The notes under the pieces are model-generated. The model was not told the origin of the DNA. It ran no database searches and worked only from the letters and a program-made list of their open reading frames with translations. From the IMG/VR virus record IMGVR_UViG_3300008266_000015: a stretch of 64,000 nt of DNA; one strand, given 5' to 3'. Positions 1-11,722 of this stretch are shown piece after piece (the first letter of the stretch is position 1; every line of letters starts with the position of its first letter). Origin of the DNA: a virus. The translations under genes and the position numbers were made by a program.

Positions 1-2489
1 ACTGGAAACGTATTGATGAATGGGACGAAGGTGCTCAACCTGTATTAACAGGAGGATATGCAGTGCCCACTAAAAAATATAGTAAGGACGATCCTAATTT
101 ATTAGAAAAGGATATCAATAAAGAATTACTTGTATTGAGGGAACTTTACTATAAATTTGATGATGTTGTTCCTTCATTCCACAATATAGTTTATCTCGAT
201 ATCGAGATTGAAATGGGTGGAGCACTTACACCAGAATATATTAAAGCAGCCCCAATGCCTCTTACCTCCATTGCTTTAATAGATATGACCACTAAAACAA
301 AAATATGTTTTATTGTGGATAAAAGTAAGGAAATACAAGAATACAATCAAGATGGTAAACATATTATTCCTTGTGGTTCAGAAAAAGAATTAATTAAACG
401 ATTCCTAGATAAATTTGAGGAACTAGACCCAACCATTATTATAGGATGGAATAGTGCATATTTTGATATCCCTTACCTATACTTCAGACTTATAAAAATA
501 GTAGGTGAAAATGAGGTAAAAAGAATGTCTCCAATTAGAAAAGTTGATTTCTCAGAATTTGCTGGTGAAATGCGGGTTAAAATTGGTGGTGTTAATCACT
601 TAGATTATATGTTGCTTCATAAAAAATACATTATGAAGGAAGAACCCTCATATAAGTTAGGAGAAATTGGAACTAAATATGTTAAATTAGGTAAGATTGA
701 ATATGAAGGTAATTTAAATACGTTGTTTAAAAACGATTTAAATGCGTTTATAGAGTACAATTTACGAGACGTTGAAATCATTGAAAAATTAGAAGAAAAG
801 CTTAAATTCATTGAATTAACGGTAATGATTTCACATATCTGTAACATACCTTATGAAAGTATTTACTACAACACAGTAATGAATGAAGGTGCTATATTAA
901 AGCACCTAAGACGTGAGGGTATTATTTCACCAAACAAACCTACTACTCACAATCCCATATTAAAAAATACTAAAGAAAGCTATGCTGGAGGATACTTACT
1001 AGAACCAATTCCAGGTCTATACTTTGACGTAATTGATTTGGATTTTACTTCTCTATATCCTTCAATCATTAAATCATTGAATTTAGGTATTGAAACATTA
1101 GTGGGTCGCATTAAAGTAGATAACAATCCAACTTATGAGCAAAACCATTCATTAGAAAAACTTAAGGAACGCGACCCCAATGAAGTCATTACTATTGAAA
1201 AGGTAAACAAAACCAATTACACACTTAGATCCGCAACCATCAAAATAGGGGATCTAGTTAATTTAATTGAGAAAAACGAATACGCAGTTGCTGCCTCAGG
1301 AGCTATGTTTAGGACTGATGAAAAAAGTGTAGTTGCTAGTATTCTAGAGGGATGGTTCGAAAAACGAGAACACTATCGTGGTTTAAAGAAAACAGCAGGT
1401 AAAGCCGAAGATTGGGCAAACTATAAATTGTACGATTTGTTCCAACATGCATTTAAAATCTTACAGAACGCAATGTACGGTACATTTGCTATTAATGGAT
1501 GGAGGTACACTGATGGGCATTTAATTTGTAGTGCTGCTATTACAAACAGCGGACAACGTTTAACTCAAGAGTCAATTGAATTTGTAAACAACAAAATCAA
1601 TACTGAAATAAAGCAAGAAAAACAAAACATATGCATTTCAGATACAGATTCACTTTATATAGTACTAGGAGACCTATTAAACCATAGATATCCAAATTGT
1701 TCACCTGAGGAAAAAAACGACAAAATACTATTGTTGGCTCAGGAAATACAAAACGAATCTAATCACTATCTAGATGAATTAAGTAAACGTTTATTCAATA
1801 CTGATTCCCACTACTTTCAATTAAAGCAAGAAGTAATTTGTGCAGGTGTACTTACAACAGGTAAACGTAGATATGCAATGTATGTTACTAATAAGGAAGG
1901 TGTTGATGTAGAGGAATTGGATATGAAAGGACTTGAATTAATGAAGTCCAATATGAATAAATTATTTAAGAAATTTGGAGAGGATTTTATTAAAAATGTA
2001 TTGTTTGGTAAACCAAAATCTGAAATAGACAATGATATAGTTGATTTCTACAAAACACTAAAAACACTAGATCCTAAAAAATTAGGTAAACCAACAGGTG
2101 TAAAACAAATCCATAACTATCACATACCAGCAATGGCTGGAGACATGTTTAGTAGATTTAGAATTAAAGCACCAGCAAACACTAAAGCCGCTGTTCGCTA
2201 TAACGATTTACTTAGGTTTAAAAAACTAGATAAAAAATATGAATCAATTATTGAAGGCGATAAAATATTTATTGTTAACTTAAAACAAAATCCATACAAT
2301 CTAGAAACAATTGGCCTACCAAATGCTCAAGTACCATTAGAAATTGAGGAATTTGTTAAAACCTATATTGATGTTGAGGAAATATTTGATTCATTGTTAG
2401 CAAATAAATTAAAGTCATTGTATCTTGATCTTTCTTGGGATTTTCCTCCCTTGAATCCAAATGTAAACAAATTCTTTGCATTTAATTAG
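1..2489 (+). CDS. Family B DNA polymerase (T4 gp43-like), 5' end upstream of window
   Basis: ExoI YLDIEIE, ExoII GWNSAYFDIPY, ExoIII YNLRD, motif A DFTSLYPS, motif B KILQNAMYG, motif C SDTDS. The frame is open back to base 3, so the true start precedes the window. Confidence 0.97.
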   Translation, partial: WKRIDEWDEGAQPVLTGGYAVPTKKYSKDDPNLLEKDINKELLVLRELYYKFDDVVPSFHNIVYLDIEIEMGGALTPEYIKAAPMPLTSIALIDMTTKTKICFIVDKSKEIQEYNQDGKHIIPCGSEKELIKRFLDKFEELDPTIIIGWNSAYFDIPYLYFRLIKIVGENEVKRMSPIRKVDFSEFAGEMRVKIGGVNHLDYMLLHKKYIMKEEPSYKLGEIGTKYVKLGKIEYEGNLNTLFKNDLNAFIEYNLRDVEIIEKLEEKLKFIELTVMISHICNIPYESIYYNTVMNEGAILKHLRREGIISPNKPTTHNPILKNTKESYAGGYLLEPIPGLYFDVIDLDFTSLYPSIIKSLNLGIETLVGRIKVDNNPTYEQNHSLEKLKERDPNEVITIEKVNKTNYTLRSATIKIGDLVNLIEKNEYAVAASGAMFRTDEKSVVASILEGWFEKREHYRGLKKTAGKAEDWANYKLYDLFQHAFKILQNAMYGTFAINGWRYTDGHLICSAAITNSGQRLTQESIEFVNNKINTEIKQEKQNICISDTDSLYIVLGDLLNHRYPNCSPEEKNDKILLLAQEIQNESNHYLDELSKRLFNTDSHYFQLKQEVICAGVLTTGKRRYAMYVTNKEGVDVEELDMKGLELMKSNMNKLFKKFGEDFIKNVLFGKPKSEIDNDIVDFYKTLKTLDPKKLGKPTGVKQIHNYHIPAMAGDMFSRFRIKAPANTKAAVRYNDLLRFKKLDKKYESIIEGDKIFIVNLKQNPYNLETIGLPNAQVPLEIEEFVKTYIDVEEIFDSLLANKLKSLYLDLSWDFPPLNPNVNKFFAFN

Positions 2490-2534
2490 GATTTCAAAAC
2501 CATCTTTTATATATTCAAACAAAATAAAAGTTAT

Positions 2535-3302
2535 ATGTTTTTAATAAATAAATTTGAACTACAAGCAGTTATTAACAAATACTATATTGGTGGTCTAATT
2601 GAAGCTGTCAAATGGGAAATCAAAGACAAACAATTAAATATCAAATTCACAGCACCAACTAAAGAAATGTTAGGTGAGGTAATACACACCAAATTCAATT
2701 TAGAGGATTCAAATATTGGTATTTCAAACACATCTCAATTAATTAAATTAATCAATATTACTAATGGGGATGTGATATTGCAATTTCTAAAATCGGGTAG
2801 AGTATTTACTAAATTAATTGTTTCTGATAACCAGTTTACCACTAACTATACATTAGCAGATATACTAACAATTAATAAATCAGGAACATATAATGGTTCT
2901 CAAGAGTTCCATTTAGAAGCATCATTAGATAAGGAAATAATTACTGCCTTAATTAAAGCTAAATCAGCACTAGATGATAGTTCAACTGTTATGTTAAAAT
3001 CAAACATTAGTTTAGATAACGAATTTCAACTTGAATTGATATTTGGGGGAGATATTGAATACTCAAATAAAGTATCTTATTATATTCCTAACATTACACA
3101 GAAAAATGTTCCTAAAGAATTCATGGGTTCATTTTCAGAATACAAAATCGGATTTAACTCTGATTTATTAAAAGACATTTTAAGCGTTAATAAAGACGCC
3201 GATGAATCTAAATTATACATTAATCTAGATGGGTTAATGAAATTAGAATTTATATCAGAAAACATTAAATCAACATATTATATAGTTCAAAAAGATGTTT
3301 AA
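2535..3302 (+). CDS. Putative DNA polymerase sliding clamp (gp45/PCNA-like)
   Basis: 255 aa, directly after polB and near the clamp loader; size and beta-rich pattern fit a clamp. No diagnostic motif. Confidence 0.65.
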   Translation: MFLINKFELQAVINKYYIGGLIEAVKWEIKDKQLNIKFTAPTKEMLGEVIHTKFNLEDSNIGISNTSQLIKLINITNGDVILQFLKSGRVFTKLIVSDNQFTTNYTLADILTINKSGTYNGSQEFHLEASLDKEIITALIKAKSALDDSSTVMLKSNISLDNEFQLELIFGGDIEYSNKVSYYIPNITQKNVPKEFMGSFSEYKIGFNSDLLKDILSVNKDADESKLYINLDGLMKLEFISENIKSTYYIVQKDV

Positions 3303-3525
3303 TATTACAAAACAAGTATTCAACCATAATGATGCGCTTTATATCCTTAAGCGACATATTAAAGAATCTACAATACCTGAAGATCAGGTTCAAAGTTACA
3401 AAAAATATTTAGGATGTGATACAGTCTTAAAAAAAGATGGTGTGTATTATTTTGTAAATAAAATAGAAGAAGCACAGATTGTTGAAGATAAATATCTTCA
3501 ACTTGAATTACCCCTAGAATTTTAG
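3295..3525 (+). CDS. Hypothetical protein
   Basis: 76 aa ORF overlapping the upstream stop. Confidence 0.6.
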   Translation: MFNITKQVFNHNDALYILKRHIKESTIPEDQVQSYKKYLGCDTVLKKDGVYYFVNKIEEAQIVEDKYLQLELPLEF

Positions 3526-3556
3526 TATATTTATAATAAACAAATAAAAAAGTTAT

Positions 3557-3847
3557 ATGAAATTAGAAGCAGTTTTTAACAGCATCATTGTCAAACCTCA
3601 AGAAGAGGAAGAAACCACCTACGGCTCAATAGTTGTACCTGATTTAGGAAAAGAGAAAGGTCTACGAGGTACTATTACATCTGTAGGACCAGGATACTAC
3701 TCAGCCACAGGAACATTTGTTGATTCATCTCTTAGAGTAGGTCAAAAAGTTATTTTACCTCCAATTGGTCCTGTCAAAATTGAAAACGAAGGAGAGGAAT
3801 ATTGGTCATGTAGTGAAAATCAAGTGCTAGCCATTATCACAGAGTAA
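3557..3847 (+). CDS. groES: Co-chaperonin GroES
   Basis: 96 aa; IIVKP..EETTYGSIVVPD, G.ITSVGPG, VGQKV, ENQVLAII; upstream of GroEL. Confidence 0.93.
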   Translation: MKLEAVFNSIIVKPQEEEETTYGSIVVPDLGKEKGLRGTITSVGPGYYSATGTFVDSSLRVGQKVILPPIGPVKIENEGEEYWSCSENQVLAIITE

Positions 3848-3850
3848 ATT

Positions 3851-4030
3851 ATGGATAAGTCTAAAGAAGTAGAATTAGTATCTGCTATTCTAAAAAACTA
3901 CCTTACTGTTCAAAAACATATTGGTGAAATAGATGTACTTCCCAAAATGTACCACCCAACAGAAGATCAAGTGAATATCCCATTGTTAATGAATGGTAAA
4001 AAATTAGTTGTAGAAATTAAAACAGTTTAA
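3851..4030 (+). CDS. Small hypothetical protein (59 aa) between groES and groEL
   Basis: Read manually: MDKSKEVELVSAILKNY...VEIKTV; fills the intergenic gap. Confidence 0.55.
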   Translation: MDKSKEVELVSAILKNYLTVQKHIGEIDVLPKMYHPTEDQVNIPLLMNGKKLVVEIKTV

Positions 4031-4035
4031 AATAA

Positions 4036-5670
<1,635 letters not shown>

Positions 5671-5678
5671 TATATTAA

Positions 5679-5706
5679 TCTGGAGATCGATTTTTCGGTC
5701 TCCAGA
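5679..5706 (+). terminator. Stem-loop terminator after groEL
   Basis: TCTGGAGATCGA-TTTT-TCGGTCTCCAGA hairpin. Confidence 0.7.
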
Positions 5707-5753
5707 ATTATTAGGATTCCAAAATCCTAAATTGTATATTAAAAATAAAAGTT

Positions 5754-6005
5754 ATGAGATTTATAGTTGGATTATTTAAATTACTGGAGGGACTAATGTT
5801 GTTCTATTTAGTTTTTTGGCTTTTAGGATGGTACATCAAAGGACATTTCGGTAAATACTTCATTTTCTTTTGGCTATATTCAGCACTCTGTGTATTTTTA
5901 TATTTTAATCATCAACAAAAATTGAAAGACTCAATCGATCCTAGATCAGGACAAGAGATATGGACTGAAAGCATGAAGGATTATGATGCGGTAAGAGGTT
6001 ATTAA
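5754..6005 (+). CDS. Small membrane protein
   Basis: Two hydrophobic segments; own promoter at 5712. Confidence 0.6.
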   Translation: MRFIVGLFKLLEGLMLFYLVFWLLGWYIKGHFGKYFIFFWLYSALCVFLYFNHQQKLKDSIDPRSGQEIWTESMKDYDAVRGY

Positions 6006-6022
6006 TATTAAAAATTAAAGTT

Positions 6023-6385
6023 ATGAAATTAAAAGATAAAGTTGTTGTTAAATCTGGTGATAGATTATTTGAAGGTTTAATTGAAAAGATAGATTGGGAT
6101 ATTGACCAAAATATATATTTAGTAAATAATGAATGGTTTTGTCAATCTGAGATTACTTTAAAAAAAGGAATAGAAATAATTCAAGTAACTACCCCAAAAT
6201 TTGAATATGATGGTAAAGAATTATATGTTGAAGACAAGATGTATAAAAACCTAAATCAATTTCAAGACGATATTAATGAGTATGAACAGAAAGGTGCTAC
6301 CAAATGTTTTTTTTACACATTAAAAACAACACATGAATCAAATTTAGGCACGATATATTGGGTTAGATGTAAATTTACTAAATAA
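6023..6385 (+). CDS. Hypothetical protein
   Basis: 120 aa ORF with AAAGTT-ATG leader. Confidence 0.6.
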   Translation: MKLKDKVVVKSGDRLFEGLIEKIDWDIDQNIYLVNNEWFCQSEITLKKGIEIIQVTTPKFEYDGKELYVEDKMYKNLNQFQDDINEYEQKGATKCFFYTLKTTHESNLGTIYWVRCKFTK

Positions 6386-6401
6386 TAAAAACAAATAAGT
6401 T

Positions 6402-7322
6402 ATGTCAAAAAAGTTACACACGATTTTAAACGAGCGCTATCGTCCTGATACTCTAGAAGGATATATCTGTAAAGACGAATACAAAGCAAAATTTCAGGAG
6501 TTCATTGATCAACAAGATATTCCACACTTACTATTTGCTGGAAAACCAGGTGCAGGTAAAACAACATTAGCTAAAATATTAGTTAAAAATATTGATTGTG
6601 ACTATCTATATGTTAATGCAACTGATGAACGTTCAATGGATGTTATGCGAGATAAAGTAGGAGCATTTGCCGCCGCTGGTTCATTCAAGCCGCTTAAAAT
6701 AGTGATATTGGATGAGGCCACTCATATCCTACAAGCTTCCCAAGTTATCTTGTTAAACATGATGGAAACATATAGTTTAACTACTCGTTTTATATTAACA
6801 GGTAACTATCCAGAACGTTTAATTGAACCACTTAGAAGTAGATGTCAGGAATTTGATCTATCTCCTCCATCTAAAAAAATAGTAGCAGAACACATTGATA
6901 CTATTTTAACTACAGAAGGTATTGAACACTCAATAGAGGATGTAGTTACAATTATTAAAAAATTCTATCCTGATTTTCGCAAAATCATTAACAACTGTCA
7001 AAAATATACTGTTGATAATGTTTTAACACTTGATAAATCAATAGATTCAACTGATGACTATAAGGAAAAAGTAGTTGCTGAATTAAAAACACCTTCATCC
7101 AAATCATTTAACAACATTAGACAAATAATAGCAAATACTGATTTAGATGACTTTGGAGATCTATATAGATTTTTATATGATCAAATAGGTGAGTATGCTA
7201 AAGGAAATGAAGGTATGGTTATTATTATTTTAGAGGAATATCTGTACCATTCAACATTTCGTTTAGATAAAGAAATCAACTTAGCAGCCTGTATAAGTAA
7301 AATTTTAGAAACAATTAAATAA
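6402..7322 (+). CDS. Clamp loader AAA+ ATPase (RFC small subunit / T4 gp44-like)
   Basis: ERYRP, Walker A GKPGAGKTT, Walker B ILDEA, LRSRC motif. Confidence 0.95.
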   Translation: MSKKLHTILNERYRPDTLEGYICKDEYKAKFQEFIDQQDIPHLLFAGKPGAGKTTLAKILVKNIDCDYLYVNATDERSMDVMRDKVGAFAAAGSFKPLKIVILDEATHILQASQVILLNMMETYSLTTRFILTGNYPERLIEPLRSRCQEFDLSPPSKKIVAEHIDTILTTEGIEHSIEDVVTIIKKFYPDFRKIINNCQKYTVDNVLTLDKSIDSTDDYKEKVVAELKTPSSKSFNNIRQIIANTDLDDFGDLYRFLYDQIGEYAKGNEGMVIIILEEYLYHSTFRLDKEINLAACISKILETIK

Positions 7323-7326
7323 AATT

Positions 7327-7686
7327 ATGAAAAAAGAATTTATACCCTACGAACAAGCATTAGCTTTAAAAGAATTAGGATTTGATGAACCTTGTTTTGG
7401 TTATTTTAGTTATGAAGAATTGGTAATAGAGGGAAGATATAAAAACTCAGAACATGGACGTTCTATTTCAGCACCATTATACCAACAAGCATTTAGATGG
7501 TTTAGAGAGAAGTATCAACTTTTACATTCGATTACTGAGTATAATAAAGATGGTTCTTTAATTACTAAAATTTATCAGAATAAAATAGTAGTATTTGAAA
7601 ATATGATGAACTTTGACATTACTGAATACGAAGAAGCAGAACTTGCTTGCCTTAATAAACTAATTGAAATAACTAAAATTAAATAA
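7327..7686 (+). CDS. Hypothetical protein, KEFIPYEQALALKELGF family (paralog of 42220)
   Basis: Shares N-terminal, QAFRWFREKY and YEEAELACLNKLIEI blocks with 42220..42651. Confidence 0.75.
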   Translation: MKKEFIPYEQALALKELGFDEPCFGYFSYEELVIEGRYKNSEHGRSISAPLYQQAFRWFREKYQLLHSITEYNKDGSLITKIYQNKIVVFENMMNFDITEYEEAELACLNKLIEITKIK

Positions 7687-7688
7687 AT

Positions 7689-7934
7689 ATGCAAGAACAA
7701 ATGAAGATGAATGTGGACATCAAACAAACCACACCGATTAAATCCGAAGAAGGAAATCAAGTATTTCAAGAAGCAGTAATTCTACGTAAAGCAAGTAAGT
7801 TTTTAGTAGGTACAAGCGAAGATGCCGTTATTCCTATTCCAGTATTCATTGATATAAAAACCAACAAAATCGTAATTGAGTTGCTTCCTAAAGAGCTTCG
7901 TGAAGAGTATGAAGAATACAACAAAACAGCCTAA
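7689..7934 (+). CDS. Hypothetical protein
   Basis: 81 aa ORF in the clamp-loader operon. Confidence 0.65.
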   Translation: MQEQMKMNVDIKQTTPIKSEEGNQVFQEAVILRKASKFLVGTSEDAVIPIPVFIDIKTNKIVIELLPKELREEYEEYNKTA

Positions 7935-8352
7935 ATCGTTCACAATATTTGACTTTGTAAAAGCAATTATTGATACTAAACAGGATTGGGATACATTTAC
8001 ACCTGAACAAAAGAAATCATTCAATAATTATATGATTCATAAGTTTCTATCTATGAATCCTAAATATATTGAAATTGTTAACTACATTCAGGGACTAAAT
8101 TTTAAGGACAGTCAAAAACTATATGAGGTATATTGTTTTATGATTCCAAAATCTAAAAACACTTATTCACCTTATATTAAGTCAAATACTAAAAAAGCAT
8201 CTCCTGAAGCAGCTCAACACGTAGCTGAATATTTTGAATGTTCACTTACTGAAGCAGAAGAATATATTAATTTGACTGATACAAAATGGTTAGAAAATAT
8301 CTTAACTGTTAAGGGAATAGATGAAAAGGAAATTAAAAAATTATTAAAATGA
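7909..8352 (+). CDS. Putative clamp loader small subunit (gp62-like)
   Basis: FTIFDFVKAI...FNNYMIHKFLSM...VAEYFECSLTEAEEY pattern and position downstream of the gp44-like gene. Confidence 0.6.
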   Translation: MKNTTKQPKSFTIFDFVKAIIDTKQDWDTFTPEQKKSFNNYMIHKFLSMNPKYIEIVNYIQGLNFKDSQKLYEVYCFMIPKSKNTYSPYIKSNTKKASPEAAQHVAEYFECSLTEAEEYINLTDTKWLENILTVKGIDEKEIKKLLK

Positions 8353-8558
8353 GTTACACTCCAGATTCAATTGTCCAAACAATTATAGACAAATTTATTG
8401 CGCGAGCCGAAATGGGTGAAAAAAAGTATGGTGTTACTTTAGATCGTGAAGATTTACCAATTGAAGATTACATCAATCATGCTCTAGAAGAACATATGGA
8501 TGCTATTCTATATCTTCAAAAAGTAAAAACCATGCTTGAACAATATAAAAATGGCTAA
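8349..8558 (+). CDS. Conserved phage protein (G..KYGVTLDR...EEHMDAILY), all-alpha NTP-PPase-like
   Basis: KKYG and EExxD motifs. Confidence 0.5.
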   Translation: MSYTPDSIVQTIIDKFIARAEMGEKKYGVTLDREDLPIEDYINHALEEHMDAILYLQKVKTMLEQYKNG

Positions 8559-9504
8559 AAAAACCATCCCATCTATTGTTAAGCAAATTAGAAATTTCAA
8601 ACCACAAGAAATTAACTATGCTTTTCAAAAGAGTATTTCATATTCTCAAATGTCAATGTATTTGTCGTGCCCTAAAAAATGGGCACTCCAATATAGAGAT
8701 GGACATAAAATATATTCCCCATCAATTAATATGACTTTTGGAACAGCAATCCATGAAACTGTACAAAACTATCTTCAAGTAATGTATGAAGAAAATGGAG
8801 CAGCAGCCGATGAAATTAATTTGGAAGAATATTTTGAAGATCGTTTTAGAGAAAACTACTCCAAAGAATATCAATCTAACAAAAAACAACATTTCAGCAA
8901 CCCTGAGGAAATGAGGGAATTTTTTGAAGATGGAATAGCTATTTTAGAATTTATTAAGAAAAAACGCAACGGATATTTTACTAAAAAGGGAAATTATTTA
9001 GTTGGAATCGAAATACCAATAGTAATTTCACCAAATAAACGTTATAATAACGTTTTATTCAACGGGTTTATCGATTTAGTAATATACCATGAACCAACTA
9101 ATACCTTCACTATTTATGACATTAAAACATCAGGTAGAGGTTGGGGAGATAAGGAAAAAAAAGACGAAATTAAACAATTTCAAGTTCTATTTTATAAATC
9201 GTTCTTTAGTGAACAATTTGGAGTACCTGAAGACAATATTGAAGTTCAATTTTTTATATTGAAACGTAAAATATGGGAGAAAAGTGATTTTCCTCAAAAA
9301 CGTATTCAAGAATTCATTCCTGCTCAAGGAAAAATCAAACTAAAAAAATCTAAAGCTGCATTAGAGACATTCATAGAAAGTGTGTTTAATTTAGATGGAA
9401 CATATAAATCTACCGAACATCTAGCCATACCTAGTAAATCAAACTGCATGTATTGTCCATACAAAACTAAAAAGGATCTTTGCTCACAAGCAGTTTTATC
9501 TTAA
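8551..9504 (+). CDS. PD-(D/E)XK exonuclease (Cas4/RecB-like)
   Basis: ISYSQ..Y..CP, FGTAIHE, GFIDL, YDIKTS, Q...Y and C-terminal CMYCPY....C cysteines. Confidence 0.85.
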   Translation: MAKKTIPSIVKQIRNFKPQEINYAFQKSISYSQMSMYLSCPKKWALQYRDGHKIYSPSINMTFGTAIHETVQNYLQVMYEENGAAADEINLEEYFEDRFRENYSKEYQSNKKQHFSNPEEMREFFEDGIAILEFIKKKRNGYFTKKGNYLVGIEIPIVISPNKRYNNVLFNGFIDLVIYHEPTNTFTIYDIKTSGRGWGDKEKKDEIKQFQVLFYKSFFSEQFGVPEDNIEVQFFILKRKIWEKSDFPQKRIQEFIPAQGKIKLKKSKAALETFIESVFNLDGTYKSTEHLAIPSKSNCMYCPYKTKKDLCSQAVLS

Positions 9505-9536
9505 AATCGTATATATGTATATACAAATATGTAGTT

Positions 9537-9731
9537 ATGGCTAAAGAAGAAGGTACCCAGCTTACATCTGTAAAAGTAGATAAAGATCTATTTGATGTCT
9601 TTAAAATAGAGTGCGTAAAGCGAAAATTTACTTTAAATAAGCTTGTCAATCGAACAATTGATTTGTATCTTAGCAATCCAGAGTTTAGAAAACAGCTCAC
9701 CAATTACCATAATCCAAAAATCAAAGAATAA
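9537..9731 (+). CDS. Ribbon-helix-helix DNA-binding protein
   Basis: LTSVKV strand followed by two helices (DLFDVFKIEC, LNKLVNRTIDLY), Arc/CopG-like pattern. Confidence 0.65.
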   Translation: MAKEEGTQLTSVKVDKDLFDVFKIECVKRKFTLNKLVNRTIDLYLSNPEFRKQLTNYHNPKIKE

Positions 9732-9750
9732 ACAATCAAAAACAGTTTTT

Positions 9751-11187
9751 ATGAATTCAAGTTTTGCTTATTTACCTCAGAAAGAGCGTAAAAAAATCCT
9801 ATTAATTTGTGATGATATTCGAGTACATTCCGGAGTAGCTACTGTTGCTCGTGAAATGGTACTCAATACTTGTCAACATTTTAATTGGGTACAGGTTGCA
9901 GGAGCAATCAATCATCCTGAAAAAGGAAAAAAATTAGATATCTCTCAAGATACTAATACCAACACAGGTTTAACAGATGCTTCTGTTCAAATTTATCCTG
10001 TTGATGGATATGGAGATGCTAATCTAATTAGACAACTCATTAAAATTGAAAAACCAGATGCTATCTTTTTAATTACAGATCCTAGATACTTCATGTGGTT
10101 GTTTCAAATTGAAAACGAGATTCGTCGTACGATGCCCATTGTATATCTAAATATTTGGGACGACTATCCAGCACCAATGTACAATCGTCCGTACTACGAA
10201 GCATGTGATGCTCTATTAGGTATTTCCAAACAAACAGTTAATATTAATAAATTAGTATTAGGCGATAAAGCAAAGGACAAGTTAATTGAGTACGTTCCTC
10301 ATGGTTTAAATCATGATATTTTTAAACCAATTGATAACACAGATTCTGAATTTACTGAATTTAAAAAACAATTATTTGGTGGTAGAGAATTTGATTTTGT
10401 ATTGTTCTTTAATTCAAGAAATATTCGACGTAAACAAATTCCAGATACATTAGTGGCATATAAATACTTTATTGATTCACTATCAGAAGAAAAAGCAAAG
10501 AAATGTGCGTTTGTACTTCATACTCAAGTAGTTGACGATAATGGAACAGATTTAGGAGCAGTATGTGAATTTTTATTTGATAACAATCCTAAATACAACA
10601 TTATTTTTTCTCAAAACCCATTACCACCAAATAAAATGAATTATTTGTATAATGCATCTGATGTCCAAATTCTATTAACATCAAATGAAGGTTGGGGTCT
10701 ATCATTAACTGAAGCACTATTAACAGGAAAAATGATTATCGCAAACGTAACTGGTGGAATGCAGGATCAAATGCGTTTTGTTAGAGATGGTAAATGGATG
10801 GAAGTAGATGCTGATTTCCCATCAAACCATAATGGTACTTATAAAGAACATGGAGAATGGGCTTTACCTGTTTACCCAACTAACAGATCAATTCAAGGTT
10901 CCCCAATTACTCCTTATATTTGGGATGATAGATGTACTTCAGAAGATGCAGCCGCTCGAATTAAAGAAGCATATGAAATGTCTAAAGAAGAACGTACACA
11001 ACGTGGTTTAAAAGGTAGAGAATGGGCACTTGGAGATGAAGCAGGATTCACAGGTGAGAAAATGGGACAAAGAATTATTCAAAATTTAGATACTTTGTTT
11101 TCAACTTGGAAACCTAGAAAAAATTATGAACTTATCAACACCAAAAATACAGAAAAAAGAGTTTTAAACCATAAATTAGTTTATTGA
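9751..11187 (+). CDS. Glycosyltransferase (GT-B, GT4-like)
   Basis: HSGVATV, VPHG, RNIRRK, EGWGLSLTEA. Confidence 0.88.
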   Translation: MNSSFAYLPQKERKKILLICDDIRVHSGVATVAREMVLNTCQHFNWVQVAGAINHPEKGKKLDISQDTNTNTGLTDASVQIYPVDGYGDANLIRQLIKIEKPDAIFLITDPRYFMWLFQIENEIRRTMPIVYLNIWDDYPAPMYNRPYYEACDALLGISKQTVNINKLVLGDKAKDKLIEYVPHGLNHDIFKPIDNTDSEFTEFKKQLFGGREFDFVLFFNSRNIRRKQIPDTLVAYKYFIDSLSEEKAKKCAFVLHTQVVDDNGTDLGAVCEFLFDNNPKYNIIFSQNPLPPNKMNYLYNASDVQILLTSNEGWGLSLTEALLTGKMIIANVTGGMQDQMRFVRDGKWMEVDADFPSNHNGTYKEHGEWALPVYPTNRSIQGSPITPYIWDDRCTSEDAAARIKEAYEMSKEERTQRGLKGREWALGDEAGFTGEKMGQRIIQNLDTLFSTWKPRKNYELINTKNTEKRVLNHKLVY

Positions 11188-11188
11188 T

Positions 11189-11719
11189 ATGAGTAGATTT
11201 GATAATAAAAGATGGATAGAACTATCTTTCATAGATGATTGTAAAATTTTAAACAAATACACCATACAAGAATATTACAACAGAGCAAATCAAGGACTAT
11301 ATGAATTTCTTGATCCTGGATTGTCTTATGAATATGAGGAAGTTGATAGATCTCAAGGGCAAAAATTGTGGGTTGTTGAAAAAATAGGAGACGACCCTCA
11401 ATTTTTAGTTACTTTAAAAACAACTAAGTCTGATGAATATTTTATTTTAGATTTTTATTTTTATGAAACAGGAATGAAAAAAAATAGAGCACTAGAAGGA
11501 GAAAATTACTTAGATACCTTATGTAAAATTGTAAAAGATAATATAGTTCCTTATTTTATCAAATCACCAATGAAAACTCTATATTTTACAGCATACACTG
11601 AAGATGGAGCAGGTAATGCCAGAAAAAAGGCATTTACTCGAATAGTAGATAAATTTTTTGATAAAAATAAATTTAACATTAAAATAAACGGATACGAATT
11701 TTTAATAAATAAAAAATAA
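11189..11719 (+). CDS. Hypothetical protein
   Basis: 176 aa ORF between two glycosyltransferases. Confidence 0.65.
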   Translation: MSRFDNKRWIELSFIDDCKILNKYTIQEYYNRANQGLYEFLDPGLSYEYEEVDRSQGQKLWVVEKIGDDPQFLVTLKTTKSDEYFILDFYFYETGMKKNRALEGENYLDTLCKIVKDNIVPYFIKSPMKTLYFTAYTEDGAGNARKKAFTRIVDKFFDKNKFNIKINGYEFLINKK

Positions 11720-11722
11720 ATT

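Noticed and set aside
8551-9504. cas4 of a CRISPR-Cas system
   Set aside because: Stand-alone Cas4-like nucleases are common in phage replication modules; no other cas genes or array here.
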